From: Dehalococcoidia bacterium
Lineage (GTDB): Bacteria; Chloroflexota; Dehalococcoidia; Lucifugimonadales; VXLM01
DNA: 64,000 bases
Direction of reading: 5' to 3'
Assembly (NCBI GenBank): GCA_963662435.1
Contig: OY759598.1
Span: 3,504,507-3,568,506, forward strand
The translations under genes were made by a program, and so were the position numbers. Position 1 is the first letter of the stretch, and each line of letters opens with the position of its first letter. The notes under the pieces are model-generated. The model searched no databases. It worked only from the letters and a program-made list of their open reading frames with translations, and was not told the DNA's origin. Below are positions 7,608-18,086 of the stretch, one piece after another.

Positions 7608-9419
7608 TTACTCGTCTGAGATAGCGTCAGCCACTGAGAAGTCTCCGATGGAGAAGGTGCCGATGCAGTAGTCGACGACGGGTCGCCACTCGTCGAAGAC
7701 TTCGCCGGGCGCGTAGAAGATGGCCATGAAGCCCGTTTCGCCCTCGTGGATGTACGCGAGTCGTACGCCCTTCATGCCGCCGTTGTCAACCTCGAATTCC
7801 TCGATGAGAACCGGGGCGCCGGACGGGGTGTCGATCTCGCGGCGGGCGGTGACGGTTTTCTCGGTCTTGTATGGGAACGAGCTTGAAAGGACTGAGCGCT
7901 CCATATAGTCGGCGACAGTGAGTAATTCGTCAGGCTCCTCTCTGTGGTGGCTCAGGTCGCGCTTCTCAAGCGTGGCAGTTCTGCCCCAACGGTCCTGCTC
8001 GAAGAGTTCCGTTGCGATGAATTTCTTGTCTCCGCCTGTGATGTTCGCGGGATAGGCTATGCGGATTCTGGGGGCCTGGTCCTGGAATCTGTGCAGACGC
8101 ACATTGCCGACATGTGTGCGTAACTCGCCGGAACGGTCATTGAGATTGGGCTTGACCCATGATTTGAGGGCGCTCAGGGTGTAGCCAAGTGGGTATGAAA
8201 AGTCCGTTGGCTGTATTCGGACGGCAATGGTGTAAACGGAATCGACCGGGGCACGGTATTTGATCTCGTCCCAATACACCTCTCCCGAACCGACTTCGTA
8301 CGGAGGAGCATTGCCGTGTTCGATCGTCACCAACATACGACTGAGGCCGGATAAACGAATGGCCACGCTTTCACCGGCAGCCAGTTCGATGGTGTACCGG
8401 TCGATGTCGCCCGGAGTATCGATAGCTCCCGCGATAGTCTTGCCAAAGCGAAGAGGCCTTCCGTCATCGGGGTCGGTATGCCGCACCAGCGGCGTGGTAC
8501 TCTTCAGGGTGACGTGGCGTTCGATATCGAACCGCTGACGTACCTCGACAAATCTCGGCCCGGTGATGCAGCACCGGTCGGTTAGACTCTCTTGTACTGT
8601 GCGGAAATCGGGTGTGAAGGCCCCCGTTCCGTCAATGTCGAAGAGTCCATACTCCACGTCGCGAAAGGAGTCGAATTCAAGGGTGTGATTTGACCCTTCA
8701 GACACGAACGTTGCAGTGTCCCACCGGTCACGCAACAGGAACTCGTGCTCACGGCTTCCTTCCCGGACGTACGATGGCTCGCGGGCTCCTAAGACGGTAA
8801 CGTGCTCGCCCCGGGCCAGTCTCGCCAGCCGATCCTTTACGGTGTCCGACGAAGGGCCCGAAGCACCCCTGCGAACCAAGACGCCCATCACCTCGCCTTT
8901 TCCGTTGGTTATGGGCCCCCCACTCATACCTGTCTTACTTTCGGCCGACACAGTCAAGATCGTGGCATTCACTTCGGGCCAGTCCCAAGTGCCGTGAACA
9001 TTGCCCTCGCTAACCTTGTTTCCTCCGGGGCCTATAGGATCTCCGATGATGAATGCCCTGTCTTCTGTAGTTAGAGCATCGACTTCGGCGAACTGCAAGG
9101 GCGGCGCTGAGGTGTCGATTGGGCCGAGGAACGCGAGATCGGTAAAGTAGTCGTAGGCGATTACGGGTACGTCTTCCAGCAGCGTGCCGTCATGCAACAG
9201 TACATCGATCCCCGGGAGCCCCCAAAATACGTGAGCCGCGGTGACGATGTAGTTTCCCTCAACGTAGAAGCCGCTGCCAATGTCCGCCCCTCTGAATTGG
9301 ACGGTTACTATGGAAGGCGCGAGCTTATTCAGCACGCCCTCTTCTGAAAGTGCGCCTCCGCAGGCGGCGCAGAGTGACAGCATGAGTGCGGCCACAATTC
9401 TTAGGAGCGCGATCTTCAT
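7608..9419 (-). CDS. Trypsin-like serine protease lipoprotein with C-terminal PPC-like domain
   Basis: Signal peptide/lipobox AAC, GSGF, IVTAAHV, DLA, GMSGGP triad motifs; GAIDTPGDIDRY. Confidence 0.85.
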   Translation of the reverse strand: MKIALLRIVAALMLSLCAACGGALSEEGVLNKLAPSIVTVQFRGADIGSGFYVEGNYIVTAAHVFWGLPGIDVLLHDGTLLEDVPVIAYDYFTDLAFLGPIDTSAPPLQFAEVDALTTEDRAFIIGDPIGPGGNKVSEGNVHGTWDWPEVNATILTVSAESKTGMSGGPITNGKGEVMGVLVRRGASGPSSDTVKDRLARLARGEHVTVLGAREPSYVREGSREHEFLLRDRWDTATFVSEGSNHTLEFDSFRDVEYGLFDIDGTGAFTPDFRTVQESLTDRCCITGPRFVEVRQRFDIERHVTLKSTTPLVRHTDPDDGRPLRFGKTIAGAIDTPGDIDRYTIELAAGESVAIRLSGLSRMLVTIEHGNAPPYEVGSGEVYWDEIKYRAPVDSVYTIAVRIQPTDFSYPLGYTLSALKSWVKPNLNDRSGELRTHVGNVRLHRFQDQAPRIRIAYPANITGGDKKFIATELFEQDRWGRTATLEKRDLSHHREEPDELLTVADYMERSVLSSSFPYKTEKTVTARREIDTPSGAPVLIEEFEVDNGGMKGVRLAYIHEGETGFMAIFYAPGEVFDEWRPVVDYCIGTFSIGDFSVADAISDE

Positions 9420-9667
9420 CGGAGTGTCCTCTGGACTCCGGACTCCGCCGGAGTGACGACTGATGGTGTCATCCTGCCATGCCGAGTGTGGTTGCCTGTA
9501 TCTATATTAGCGTCGATTCCTGCCATTGGATACACTGCTGGGCGGTGATTGCCTCGCTCAGCTGAGGAAGGGACATGCAGGGAGAAGGCGACAATGATGC
9601 GAACACCGAACAGCGTTTGGGTGGTACAATACGCGACGATTTTCGACCACTATTGGAGGAGAACGAC

Positions 9668-10564
9668 GTGCCAGATTTTGAGGGAGTAGTTCCGGCAATC
9701 ATCACGCCGATGTTCGAAGACGGCGAGATCAACGAAGACGGGTTCCGCGCGGTCATGGAGGACAACATCCAGGCGGGGGTACACGGCTTTTGGACGGCGG
9801 GAGGCACGGGCGAGAGCGTCCTCCTGACGGATGAAGAGAACCATCGAATCGCGCGAGCGGCGGTGGACCAGAACCAGGGTCGAACGAACGTCATCATGCA
9901 CGTGGGAGCTCAAACGACGGTGCGCGCCGCGCGCAATGCGGAGCACGCGGCTAAGGCAGGCGCCGAGGCCGTCTGCGCCGTACCGCCGTTCTTCGTGCGT
10001 CCGGGCGACGGGGGAATAGTCGACTACTACAGGACCGTCGGCGAGGCGGCCGATCTACCACTGTTCGTCTACAACCTGCCCCAGGCGACGGGCGTACATA
10101 TTACGCCCGACCTCATGCAGCAGCTCCAGGACAATGTGCCGCAGCTTACGGGTCTCAAGCACTCGGCGCCCGACATGAACGACGTCTACACCTTCGCCAA
10201 GATGGGCCTGCGGGTGTTCACGGGGATGGGCAGGATGATGTTCCCGGCCCTGACGGTGGGCGCCGCAGGGTGCGTGGACGGGCCACCGTGCCTCGCGCCT
10301 GAGCTATGGGTCGCCATTTGGGAAGCCTACAACGCGCGTGACCTGGACCGCGCGGAAGAGGCCCAGGCCAAGGCGAGCGAGGTCATGGACTTCCTGATCG
10401 AACTCGGCTACATCGGGGCGCTGAAGACAGCTGTCGGCGAGCGGCTGGGCATAGAGACCGGCGACCCGCGCCCGCCCAATGCCGCGGCAACGCCTGAACA
10501 GAAGGTTGCGGCGCGAGAGGCCGTGCACCGGCTGGGTCTGGCGAAGGTCGCGGCGGTCGCCTAG
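9668..10564 (+). CDS. DapA/N-acetylneuraminate lyase-family protein
   Basis: GTG start after GGAGGA; GVVPAIITP, GGTGES, YNLPQATG, GLKHS. Confidence 0.9.
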   Translation: MPDFEGVVPAIITPMFEDGEINEDGFRAVMEDNIQAGVHGFWTAGGTGESVLLTDEENHRIARAAVDQNQGRTNVIMHVGAQTTVRAARNAEHAAKAGAEAVCAVPPFFVRPGDGGIVDYYRTVGEAADLPLFVYNLPQATGVHITPDLMQQLQDNVPQLTGLKHSAPDMNDVYTFAKMGLRVFTGMGRMMFPALTVGAAGCVDGPPCLAPELWVAIWEAYNARDLDRAEEAQAKASEVMDFLIELGYIGALKTAVGERLGIETGDPRPPNAAATPEQKVAAREAVHRLGLAKVAAVA

Positions 10565-10652
10565 CGGCTAACCGCGTGCGCAGCATCCACAGCCCGACTC
10601 CATCCACGTCAAAGACGACGATCCCATCACGCCCTTCAAAAGGAAAACGAAC

Positions 10653-11510
10653 GTGACCAAGTACACCGAGCTAACGCACCAACTTGGCGTAACCGCTTCC
10701 GCCGGGGTTGAGACGCTCAACCGATTCGGCCTAAACACCGAGGCGTCAATGGCGGAGGACATCGACGAGATGGCTGAGTATTCCGACATTCTCGTCAGCG
10801 CCCACGCGCCGGCCATCGTTGGGGACATGCGCCTCAACATCGCCTCCACAGACGAGGGCTTTCGGAAGAGGTCCATCGATGTGATCGTGGACTATATCGG
10901 CCGTGCGGCGGAGTACCCGAACGTCAAGCAGATCAACATGCACTTCGCCCCGAAGCGCTGGAATGACGACGCTCAGTCGGAAGGCCAAGTGGGCACCTAC
11001 GATCTGCTCATCGACGGCATTCGCCAGGTCGCGGCGTTCTGCGACGGACACGACATCGAACTCGTTCTCGAGAACAACAACTCCTACTGGAGCCCAGACA
11101 TCATCGATACTGCTCATGATGAGGTCGACTGGTCGGAGCGCAACGAGTACTTCGGCATGTCGCCGGAGGAGTGGCAGCAGGTCGCCGTGGACGTTGATCG
11201 CCACAATATGGGGCTCTGCCTGGACTCCAGCCACGTGGTGACGTACGCCCATCGCTTCCCGGAAGATCAGCGCGAGGAGCGCGTACTTGCATTCCTGTCG
11301 CGACCGGAACTCATTCGCCACGTCCACTGGAACGACAACTATCTCTACGACGGACGAGGCCGAGTCGACTCTCATGCAGCGCTCAACAGGGGCAGCCTCC
11401 CTACAGAGATGCACCGTCGCATCAAGTACCTCAACGCGACGCTGCTCATGGAGCACTTCTACGACGCGGATGTGCTGGAAGAGGAGCTCGCGTTCATCGA
11501 CAGCCTGTAA
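10653..11510 (+). CDS. Sugar phosphate isomerase/epimerase (AP endonuclease 2-type TIM barrel)
   Basis: SAHAP, LVLEN, LCLDSSH, HVHWND, DSH, LMEH metal-binding motifs. Confidence 0.85.
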   Translation: MTKYTELTHQLGVTASAGVETLNRFGLNTEASMAEDIDEMAEYSDILVSAHAPAIVGDMRLNIASTDEGFRKRSIDVIVDYIGRAAEYPNVKQINMHFAPKRWNDDAQSEGQVGTYDLLIDGIRQVAAFCDGHDIELVLENNNSYWSPDIIDTAHDEVDWSERNEYFGMSPEEWQQVAVDVDRHNMGLCLDSSHVVTYAHRFPEDQREERVLAFLSRPELIRHVHWNDNYLYDGRGRVDSHAALNRGSLPTEMHRRIKYLNATLLMEHFYDADVLEEELAFIDSL

Positions 11511-11549
11511 GAGGACGCTTGGTGGGTCGCTTGGGCTGCTCGTGGGATG

Positions 11550-11645
11550 CCCTTCGACGGGCTTTCAAGTAGCTGCGGAACCCCCTCTCTGTATCTCTCC
11601 CCCGGCGGGGGAGAGATTAATGGTGAATGCATGGCAGTTACTGAC
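11550..11645 (+). repeat. Intact copy of the composite repeat; related palindrome at about 45420-45460
   Basis: Contains TCTCTCCCCCGGCGGGGGAGAGA hairpin; homologous to flanks of 2694-2987. Confidence 0.8.
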
Positions 11646-11725
11646 ACCCCGGCATGGTCACAGGCGCGGGTGCAATCCAGTTCAGGGCGAACGAGGTCCT
11701 TGGTTGGCCACCTGAATAGGGGTCG

Positions 11726-12670
11726 TTATTGGTCCGGTGGGTACGGTTTCCACGAGAAGGTGTCGACCTGTCCGCCCGTGTAGGTATAGTTGATCCCTCC
11801 ACTGAAGCTCTGCTGCCAATCCGGCAACTGTCGCAGGTATGCCGTAACGGTGGTCTGACCTGCCCTGGAGACGACGATGAAGTCTGTCGGGGGCGCAGTC
11901 AGGCATAGATTGGGATTGAGGCGCTTTCCGCAGTCCTCATAATCATCCGTAAATTCGACAGATTCCAGACCTACGGTCGTACCAGGATCGAAAGTGACAA
12001 CGTAGGTTCCCTGGACGGGGATCTCGACTTCTTCCAGGCGTACGAAGTTTTCTCCCTCACTAAGACTGCGCAACGGAACGCTCGTCGCTATTGCCGTTTC
12101 AGACCCATCGTCCACGGTGATCGAGATGGAAGGGAGCGCTGGTTCGGGCGTGGGCGTAGGGGTAGGCGATCCTGAGGTAACGGGATCGTCACTTGGGGGA
12201 GCAGGGGTGGCAGAGGGTGCTGTGAACACCCAGAAGATGGAAGCGGTCGCTCCTTCCGGCACGGAATGGAGAGGGACGCTGTGAGGTTCGCTGAGCACCA
12301 TCGGCAGCGCCGGGTCGATCGGCACCGGCAGCGGGGGTGGAACTGACTCCTCGAGAGAGGCTATCGGAGTCACGTTCATCGTAACTTGGATGCCGTTCAC
12401 CTCGATTGGCGCAATATTACCGGTCTTGGCACCCTGATTCGGGAGGCTCTTGACGTGAGCGACTCCGGCATCGGCAGCGTAGAGCTCTCTGAGGGCGTCG
12501 GTGTCATTGCCACCGGCACGGAACAGTCCCGAGGCGTATCCAACCAGGCCGATGACGACCATCGCCCCGATGGCTACGATGATGAGCACCAACGGCAGGA
12601 TGAAGCCCGTCTCGTCCGGCCTGATGTGGGGCTTTTGCGGAGTTGTCACGTCGGGGATGAAGAGCGCCAA
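11726..12670 (-). CDS. Hypothetical protein with prepilin/PilX-like N-terminus
   Basis: ETG|FILPLVLIIVAIGAMVV hydrophobic segment followed by YAADAGV; Pro/Thr-rich linker. Confidence 0.6.
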   Translation of the reverse strand: MALFIPDVTTPQKPHIRPDETGFILPLVLIIVAIGAMVVIGLVGYASGLFRAGGNDTDALRELYAADAGVAHVKSLPNQGAKTGNIAPIEVNGIQVTMNVTPIASLEESVPPPLPVPIDPALPMVLSEPHSVPLHSVPEGATASIFWVFTAPSATPAPPSDDPVTSGSPTPTPTPEPALPSISITVDDGSETAIATSVPLRSLSEGENFVRLEEVEIPVQGTYVVTFDPGTTVGLESVEFTDDYEDCGKRLNPNLCLTAPPTDFIVVSRAGQTTVTAYLRQLPDWQQSFSGGINYTYTGGQVDTFSWKPYPPDQ

Positions 12671-12748
12671 AGAGTCATCGCAGACACACTGTAGCGGCCA
12701 ATGCGACGATTGTCACTTTAGGTCTCTGCCGACGAAGCGGTGGAGAGG

Positions 12749-13540
12749 CTAGAGCGAGACGGATTCGGGAACGTCGTCCATCCCGTAGTACTGGTGCTCG
12801 ATGCGGTCATCGTACACCTTGACGATGCGGAGACCGGAGGGATCGTCCTGCGGCGGGTATCCCACTGGGCCGGATGTGATCATGAGCATGTCGCCGTCGT
12901 TGGTGTAGTTGTTGCTGTGCCAATGACCGGCAAATGCGCCCGACACACCATGTTTGCGGAGGACTTCGAGCAGCGGCATTCGCTGCGCGCGGGGGACTAT
13001 CTTGTTGCCGTCGTCCGGCTGGTCGGGAGCATCCGAAAACAGCGGGTGGTGCATGAAGATAACGGAGTGGGTGGCCTCTGCCGCATTGCGTTCAAGGTCC
13101 TGTCCAAGGAATTCGAGGAGCGAATCCCACTCATCCGGCACTTCGGACGGGTCGAGGCAGACTGAACTGTTCAGGGCCACAAAGTGGCTTCCCTCCGCGT
13201 CAAACGAGTAGTTTTCGTACCCGAACTTCTCCCGGTAGATCCGCAGGGACTCTCTCGTTGGCGTGTTGCCAACGTCGCAGTTGCCGGTGGTGAAGTAGAT
13301 CGGGACGTCTTCTCGTAGCAGCCCGGTGATGCGCATGAGCTCGGCGTGTTGTACGGGGTCATCGGAGTCCTGGACGAGATCGCCCGTGACGACGACGAAC
13401 GCGGGTTTCAGCCGGTTTGCCGACGCGATGGCCTTCTCGTACAGAGCGGTTTCGGGGAAGGTGCCGTCACCCGGAGCCAGGCCGTGCGACTCGAACAGGC
13501 CGAATTGGGGATCGCTTAGCTGGATAAAGAAGAACGACAC
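12749..13540 (-). CDS. Calcineurin-like metallophosphoesterase (CPPED1-like)
   Basis: SDPQFG, TGDLV, GNCD, MHHP, AGHWH. Confidence 0.9.
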   Translation of the reverse strand: MSFFFIQLSDPQFGLFESHGLAPGDGTFPETALYEKAIASANRLKPAFVVVTGDLVQDSDDPVQHAELMRITGLLREDVPIYFTTGNCDVGNTPTRESLRIYREKFGYENYSFDAEGSHFVALNSSVCLDPSEVPDEWDSLLEFLGQDLERNAAEATHSVIFMHHPLFSDAPDQPDDGNKIVPRAQRMPLLEVLRKHGVSGAFAGHWHSNNYTNDGDMLMITSGPVGYPPQDDPSGLRIVKVYDDRIEHQYYGMDDVPESVSL

Positions 13541-13598
13541 GCTTCGTTCCTTTCAGGGTCGGGTCTCGACCTCTCATGCACCCTTGGGGCGACTGGAA

Positions 13599-14111
13599 TC
13601 AATACTGCACGAGGGAATACACGCCGTAGCCGCTGAGGCGCTCGCGGCCGTCAAGGTCGATGAGCTCTATCACGGCTGCCAGTCCGGCGACCTCACCGCC
13701 CATGGACTCGACGAGCTCGGCGCCCGCCGCCATCGTGCCTCCCGTGGCTAGCAGGTCGTCGAGGATGACGGCTCTCTGGCCCCTGGATACGGCGTCGGTG
13801 TGGACTTCGACCACGTTCTGGCCGTATTCGAGGGCGTACTTGACCGACTTGGTCTCGTAGGGCAGCCGGCCCTCCTTGCGGACGGGTACGAACGGCTTAC
13901 CAAGCTTGTAGGCGAGCGGCGCGCCTATGAGAAAGCCCCGCGCCTCGATTCCGAGGATCACGTCGACTTCCTGCCCTTCGTAGTGCTCCGCCATTCGGTC
14001 AATTACGTACTTGAAAGCGGAGGGTTCCTGCATCAGGGGGGTGATGTCGCGGAAAAGAATTCCTTCCACAGGGAAGTCCGGGATGTCCCGGATGTATTGT
14101 CTCAAGTCCAT
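13599..14111 (-). CDS. apt: Adenine phosphoribosyltransferase
   Basis: IPDFPVEGILFRDI, IEARGF, YALEYG, LDDLLATGGT. Confidence 0.97.
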   Translation of the reverse strand: MDLRQYIRDIPDFPVEGILFRDITPLMQEPSAFKYVIDRMAEHYEGQEVDVILGIEARGFLIGAPLAYKLGKPFVPVRKEGRLPYETKSVKYALEYGQNVVEVHTDAVSRGQRAVILDDLLATGGTMAAGAELVESMGGEVAGLAAVIELIDLDGRERLSGYGVYSLVQY

Positions 14112-14212
14112 AGAAAGATGCGCACCCTCATCGTGTTCAGTGAATGATAGGAGCAGGCGCGCGTTCGGGTCAAGAGCAACTGTTCAGAGTTGACGAGATG
14201 ATTCACCGAAGA

Positions 14213-14241
14213 GAGCGCTCTCAGGGAGTCCGAACAGTTAC
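14213..14241 (+). repeat. 29-bp boundary repeat, copies at 14213-14241, 16082-16110, 17996-18024
   Basis: GAGCACTCTTACGGGGTCCGAACGGTTAC identical in copies 2 and 3; diverged copy 1 GAGCGCTCTCAGGGAGTCCGAACAGTTAC. Confidence 0.8.
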
Positions 14242-14261
14242 AGGCGCAGAGTCACGCCTGA

Positions 14262-15965
14262 TTACTTGACGCCCTCCCGTATCCGGACCATCAGCAGGTC
14301 GCCGTCGTGCCACGGCTGCGACGCCACTGACCAATTCAGGGTGTTGTTCGCCTCATCCACCGTCGCCGCGGCAACGTCCAAGGACAGCGACACCGTGCCA
14401 TCCAATTCGATGAAGTCCACGATATGACCGGCAAGCGCGTCGTCAGGAGTCACACCCAGCTTAACCGTGCCCGACTGCACTGAACCAATCGACGTTGACT
14501 CCCATCCGATGCTGCTAAGGGTCGCGGACGCGCCGTTGGCGTCCGTGAACGTCGCAGGCTTGAGCACGCCGTTAGTGGCGTCGGCCCCAAGGGTCACCGG
14601 GTCGAAAAACAGCTCGTGCAACGTGCCTGCGGGGGCCATGACCACCACATTTTCAATCGAGTGGTATTCGGAGATGAAGTTGCAAGGGACTTCGGTATGG
14701 TGCTGAAGGGAGTTCCTAAACCGATACGTGCCTGCGGGAAGAGGACGCACAGTCACGACGGCGGGCTTATAGCCGTTGTCCGGCCGATCGTCGTTGTCCA
14801 CGATTGAGGACATGAATAGGTCCTTGTCCACCCCCTCAATCACCATCCTGCCATACCTGGGTCCGGAATAACCTCTAAAGTCGGATACGTCATATACTTC
14901 CGTTCCCTCTGCAGACCCGGACGCCAACTGTCGCACATCTTCGTGGGGCACAAAGGGCTCGCCGCCCGTCCAGCCCGCAAACCAGTGCTCTTGCCGCCAC
15001 ATCTCTCCAAGGCATTCTCTGTACCCCTCCGTGCCTTCTCCCGCCTCGATGAGGGCGTCCACAGCCGCTATCTCGGAGCGCAGTTCCCCCAGAGACATGG
15101 TGGACGGCGAAGCATCCGACGGATCGCCGGTGAAGAACAGGAGTGAAGAATCGTCGGATGAGGACGACTCCCTCTCGGCTGTCGGGGGATCTTTTGCGGG
15201 AAGCCATACTCGGTTCATCGTATCGACCATATAGTGCAGTGAATGGTAGGGTCCAGACCGCAGAAAGTGGAAAGCGTCGTCCGACACGGATTTTCCAAGA
15301 AAGACGATCGCCTCGTGCGAGTCCCTCGAGGTGTCGCGCTCCCGCAGCCAGTCCCTCGCCACCTGCAACGCCTCCGCCTCAGTTCCGTGAGTGCTGTACG
15401 TTCTTGCCGTTACCGTGATCTCCTACGCTCCCGATCCCTTCAGGTACTCGCTCACCCTGAACCGAAACGTGTGCGCCGCGCGGTACTCTCCGCCCACAGG
15501 ACGCGAGGAGTCCCCCAAACCTAGTTTGTTAATGGCTTCGTTGAAAGAAGTAAGTTCGTCACCGTCGAGGTCTAAGCCGTAAGCCTTCGAATAGCTCACC
15601 GCCTCCGCCGAGCTCGACATGAGGGAGGCACGGACGATGGCGGAGGCCTCGAATATCCTCAACCGCAGCGGAGCGGGCATGTCCATCTTGGGGGAGTAAT
15701 ATCTAAATCCAAGCTCTGTCCGGTTGGGCGGCGCAGCATCGTCAGCAAGCGTCGCCGCGCCGGTATGCTCTACTCCGCTGGGAGGTGCAGCTTCATCGGC
15801 GGGCGTCGTCTCATTCAATTGCTCTACCCGGTTGGACTGCACATCTTCATCGGCAGACGCTACCGCACCGATACGCACAGCCCCGTTGGAAGACGCAGCT
15901 TTGTCTTGTTCGCCGCAACTGAACAGCAGCCCGATAACCGCGATCATCATGACGGCGATTCGCAT
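14262..15965 (-). pseudogene. Lipoprotein of an expanded paralog family, split by an in-frame TAG at 15423-15425
   Basis: ORFs 15423..15965 and 14262..15368 share a frame; the TAG aligns with TCG (Ser) at 17358-17360 in the intact neighbour. Confidence 0.85.
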
Positions 15966-16130
15966 GTCGGCCTCCTGCCACTACCACGACGCCGAAACGT
16001 GACGCGGGGTTCCCCTCTACGAACAGTACGTTAATCGCGGCTGCGCCTCAAGCGTCAGGTAGGACGGTAGCTGTGTGTATCGAGCACTCTTACGGGGTCC
16101 GAACGGTTACAGGCGCGGAGTCACGCCTGA

Positions 16131-17879
16131 TTACTTGACGCCCTCGCGTATCCGCACCATCAGCATGTCGCCGTCGTGCCACGGCTGCAGCGACACGCTC
16201 CAACTCAAGGTATTGTTGGCGGAATCGACTGTGGCGTCGGATACCTTCAACGACAGCGACACCGATCCGTCCAGCTCGATGAAGTCCACGATATGACTGG
16301 CAAGCGCGTCGTCAGGAGTCACACCCACCTTCACTGTGCCCGACTGCACTGAACCAGTCGACGTGGACTCCCATCCGATGCTGCTAAGGGTCGCGGACGC
16401 GCCGTTGGCGTCTGTGAACGACGCGGGCTTCAGCACGCCGTTGGCGGCGTCGGCCCCAAGGGTCACCGGGTCGAAGAACAGCTCGTGGAGCGTGCCTTCC
16501 GGGGCCGTCACCACCACGTTGTGGTAAGAGTAGGCGAGAAAGGGGAAGAAGTCGCAAGGGATGTAAATGGCTCTCTGGTGGTAACTCTTGTACTGGTACG
16601 TGCCTGCGGGCAGAGGGCGCCCGGTGGCATCGCCTATCTCAAAGCCGTTGTCCCGGCGATCGTCATCGTCAATCAGGACGGCGTCGAACAGATCCTCGTC
16701 CGCGCCCTTAATGAGTTTTCTGCCGCCGGGGTAAGACTCAATCACTGTTCCAGCGGGCGCTCCCGACGCAAGCGGAAACTCACGTTGAAGAGTTCGAATA
16801 GTCCATGACTCTTCTGTCAGACCCTCGAAGGCGTGCTCGTACCGCCACCCTTCTACGATGCAATCCTCATACCATTCAATTCCGTCTTCTACCTCGACTC
16901 CCCACTGCAGAAGGAAGTCGTCCACCGTCAGTTCATCCACGTCCGCAAAGGCCGCAATGACAGCATTGCCGTCTCCCGCCGCGAGGAGGGCATCCACCGC
17001 CGCCACCTCGGAGCGCAGCTCCCCCAGTGACATGGTTGTCGGCCAGGATAAGTCTGAGACCTGCTCGCCCATGAGGAACAGCAACGCGGAGTCGTCGGAC
17101 GATGACGACGCGGCTGCCGGGGGCTCCTTCGCGGGAAGCCACACCCGGTTCAGCGTGTCGATCGTATAGTGCAGCGAAGGATAAGGCCCCGACCAGAGAA
17201 AGTGAAAAGCGTTGTTCGACGTGGGTTCCGAAAGGAAGAGAATCGCTTCGTGCGAGTCCCTTGACGTGTCGCGCCCCGCCAGTGAGTCCCTTGCCACCTG
17301 CAGCGCCTCCGCCTCAGTGCCGTGAGTGCCTAGGTGCATCGCCTTTACCGTGATCTCCGACGCTCCCGCCCCCTTCAGGTATTCGGACACCCTGAACCGA
17401 AACGAATGCACTGCGCGGTACTCTCCATCCACCGGCAACGGCTCCCCACTGCCTTCGGTATCCTCGTCGTCTTTGTAGATGCCAGTGTCGTCCGCCGACA
17501 AATAGAGCACCGTAGCCGCTGAGCTCGATATGAGGGAGGCACGGACGATGGCGGTGGCTTTGAATATCCTCAGCCGCAACGGAGCGGGTATGCGCCTTTT
17601 GTTGGAAAGGAGTCCTCCGTGGGCCTCCCCCATGCTGCTGGGCGATGTAGCTTCGTCGGTAGGCGTCGCCGCGCCGGTATGCTCTATTCCGCTGGAAGGC
17701 GCAATTTCGTCGGCGAGCCTTGTCTCATCCAAATGTTCTGCCCGGTTGGACTGCACATCTTCATCGGCAGACGCTACCGCACCAACACGCACAGCCCCGT
17801 TGGAAGACGCAGCTTTGTCTTGTTCGCCGCAACTGAACAGCAGCCCGATAACCGCGATCATCATGACGGCGATTCGCAT
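16131..17879 (-). CDS. Uncharacterised lipoprotein, intact tandem paralog
   Basis: Signal peptide with LFSC; conserved C-terminal GTLHELFFDPVT...QPWHDGDMLMVRI domain also found at 14262 and 48440. Confidence 0.85.
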   Translation of the reverse strand: MRIAVMMIAVIGLLFSCGEQDKAASSNGAVRVGAVASADEDVQSNRAEHLDETRLADEIAPSSGIEHTGAATPTDEATSPSSMGEAHGGLLSNKRRIPAPLRLRIFKATAIVRASLISSSAATVLYLSADDTGIYKDDEDTEGSGEPLPVDGEYRAVHSFRFRVSEYLKGAGASEITVKAMHLGTHGTEAEALQVARDSLAGRDTSRDSHEAILFLSEPTSNNAFHFLWSGPYPSLHYTIDTLNRVWLPAKEPPAAASSSSDDSALLFLMGEQVSDLSWPTTMSLGELRSEVAAVDALLAAGDGNAVIAAFADVDELTVDDFLLQWGVEVEDGIEWYEDCIVEGWRYEHAFEGLTEESWTIRTLQREFPLASGAPAGTVIESYPGGRKLIKGADEDLFDAVLIDDDDRRDNGFEIGDATGRPLPAGTYQYKSYHQRAIYIPCDFFPFLAYSYHNVVVTAPEGTLHELFFDPVTLGADAANGVLKPASFTDANGASATLSSIGWESTSTGSVQSGTVKVGVTPDDALASHIVDFIELDGSVSLSLKVSDATVDSANNTLSWSVSLQPWHDGDMLMVRIREGVK

Positions 17880-18086
17880 GTCGGCCTCCTGCCACTACCA
17901 CGACGCCGAAACGTGACGCGGGGTTCCCCTCTACAAACAGTACGTTAATCGCGGCTGCGCCTCAAGCGTCAGGCAGGATGGCGTAAGTGTGTATCGAGCA
18001 CTCTTACGGGGTCCGAACGGTTACCCATGAATTGACATCGTAACCTGCCGTCCATAGACTACGGCCACTTGATTCGGAGCGGCCCC

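Noticed and set aside
15369..15425. Frameshift or pyrrolysine recoding between the two lipoprotein ORFs
   Set aside because: Both ORFs are in the same frame; no pyl genes in the window and TAG terminates core genes such as rpoB and lysS
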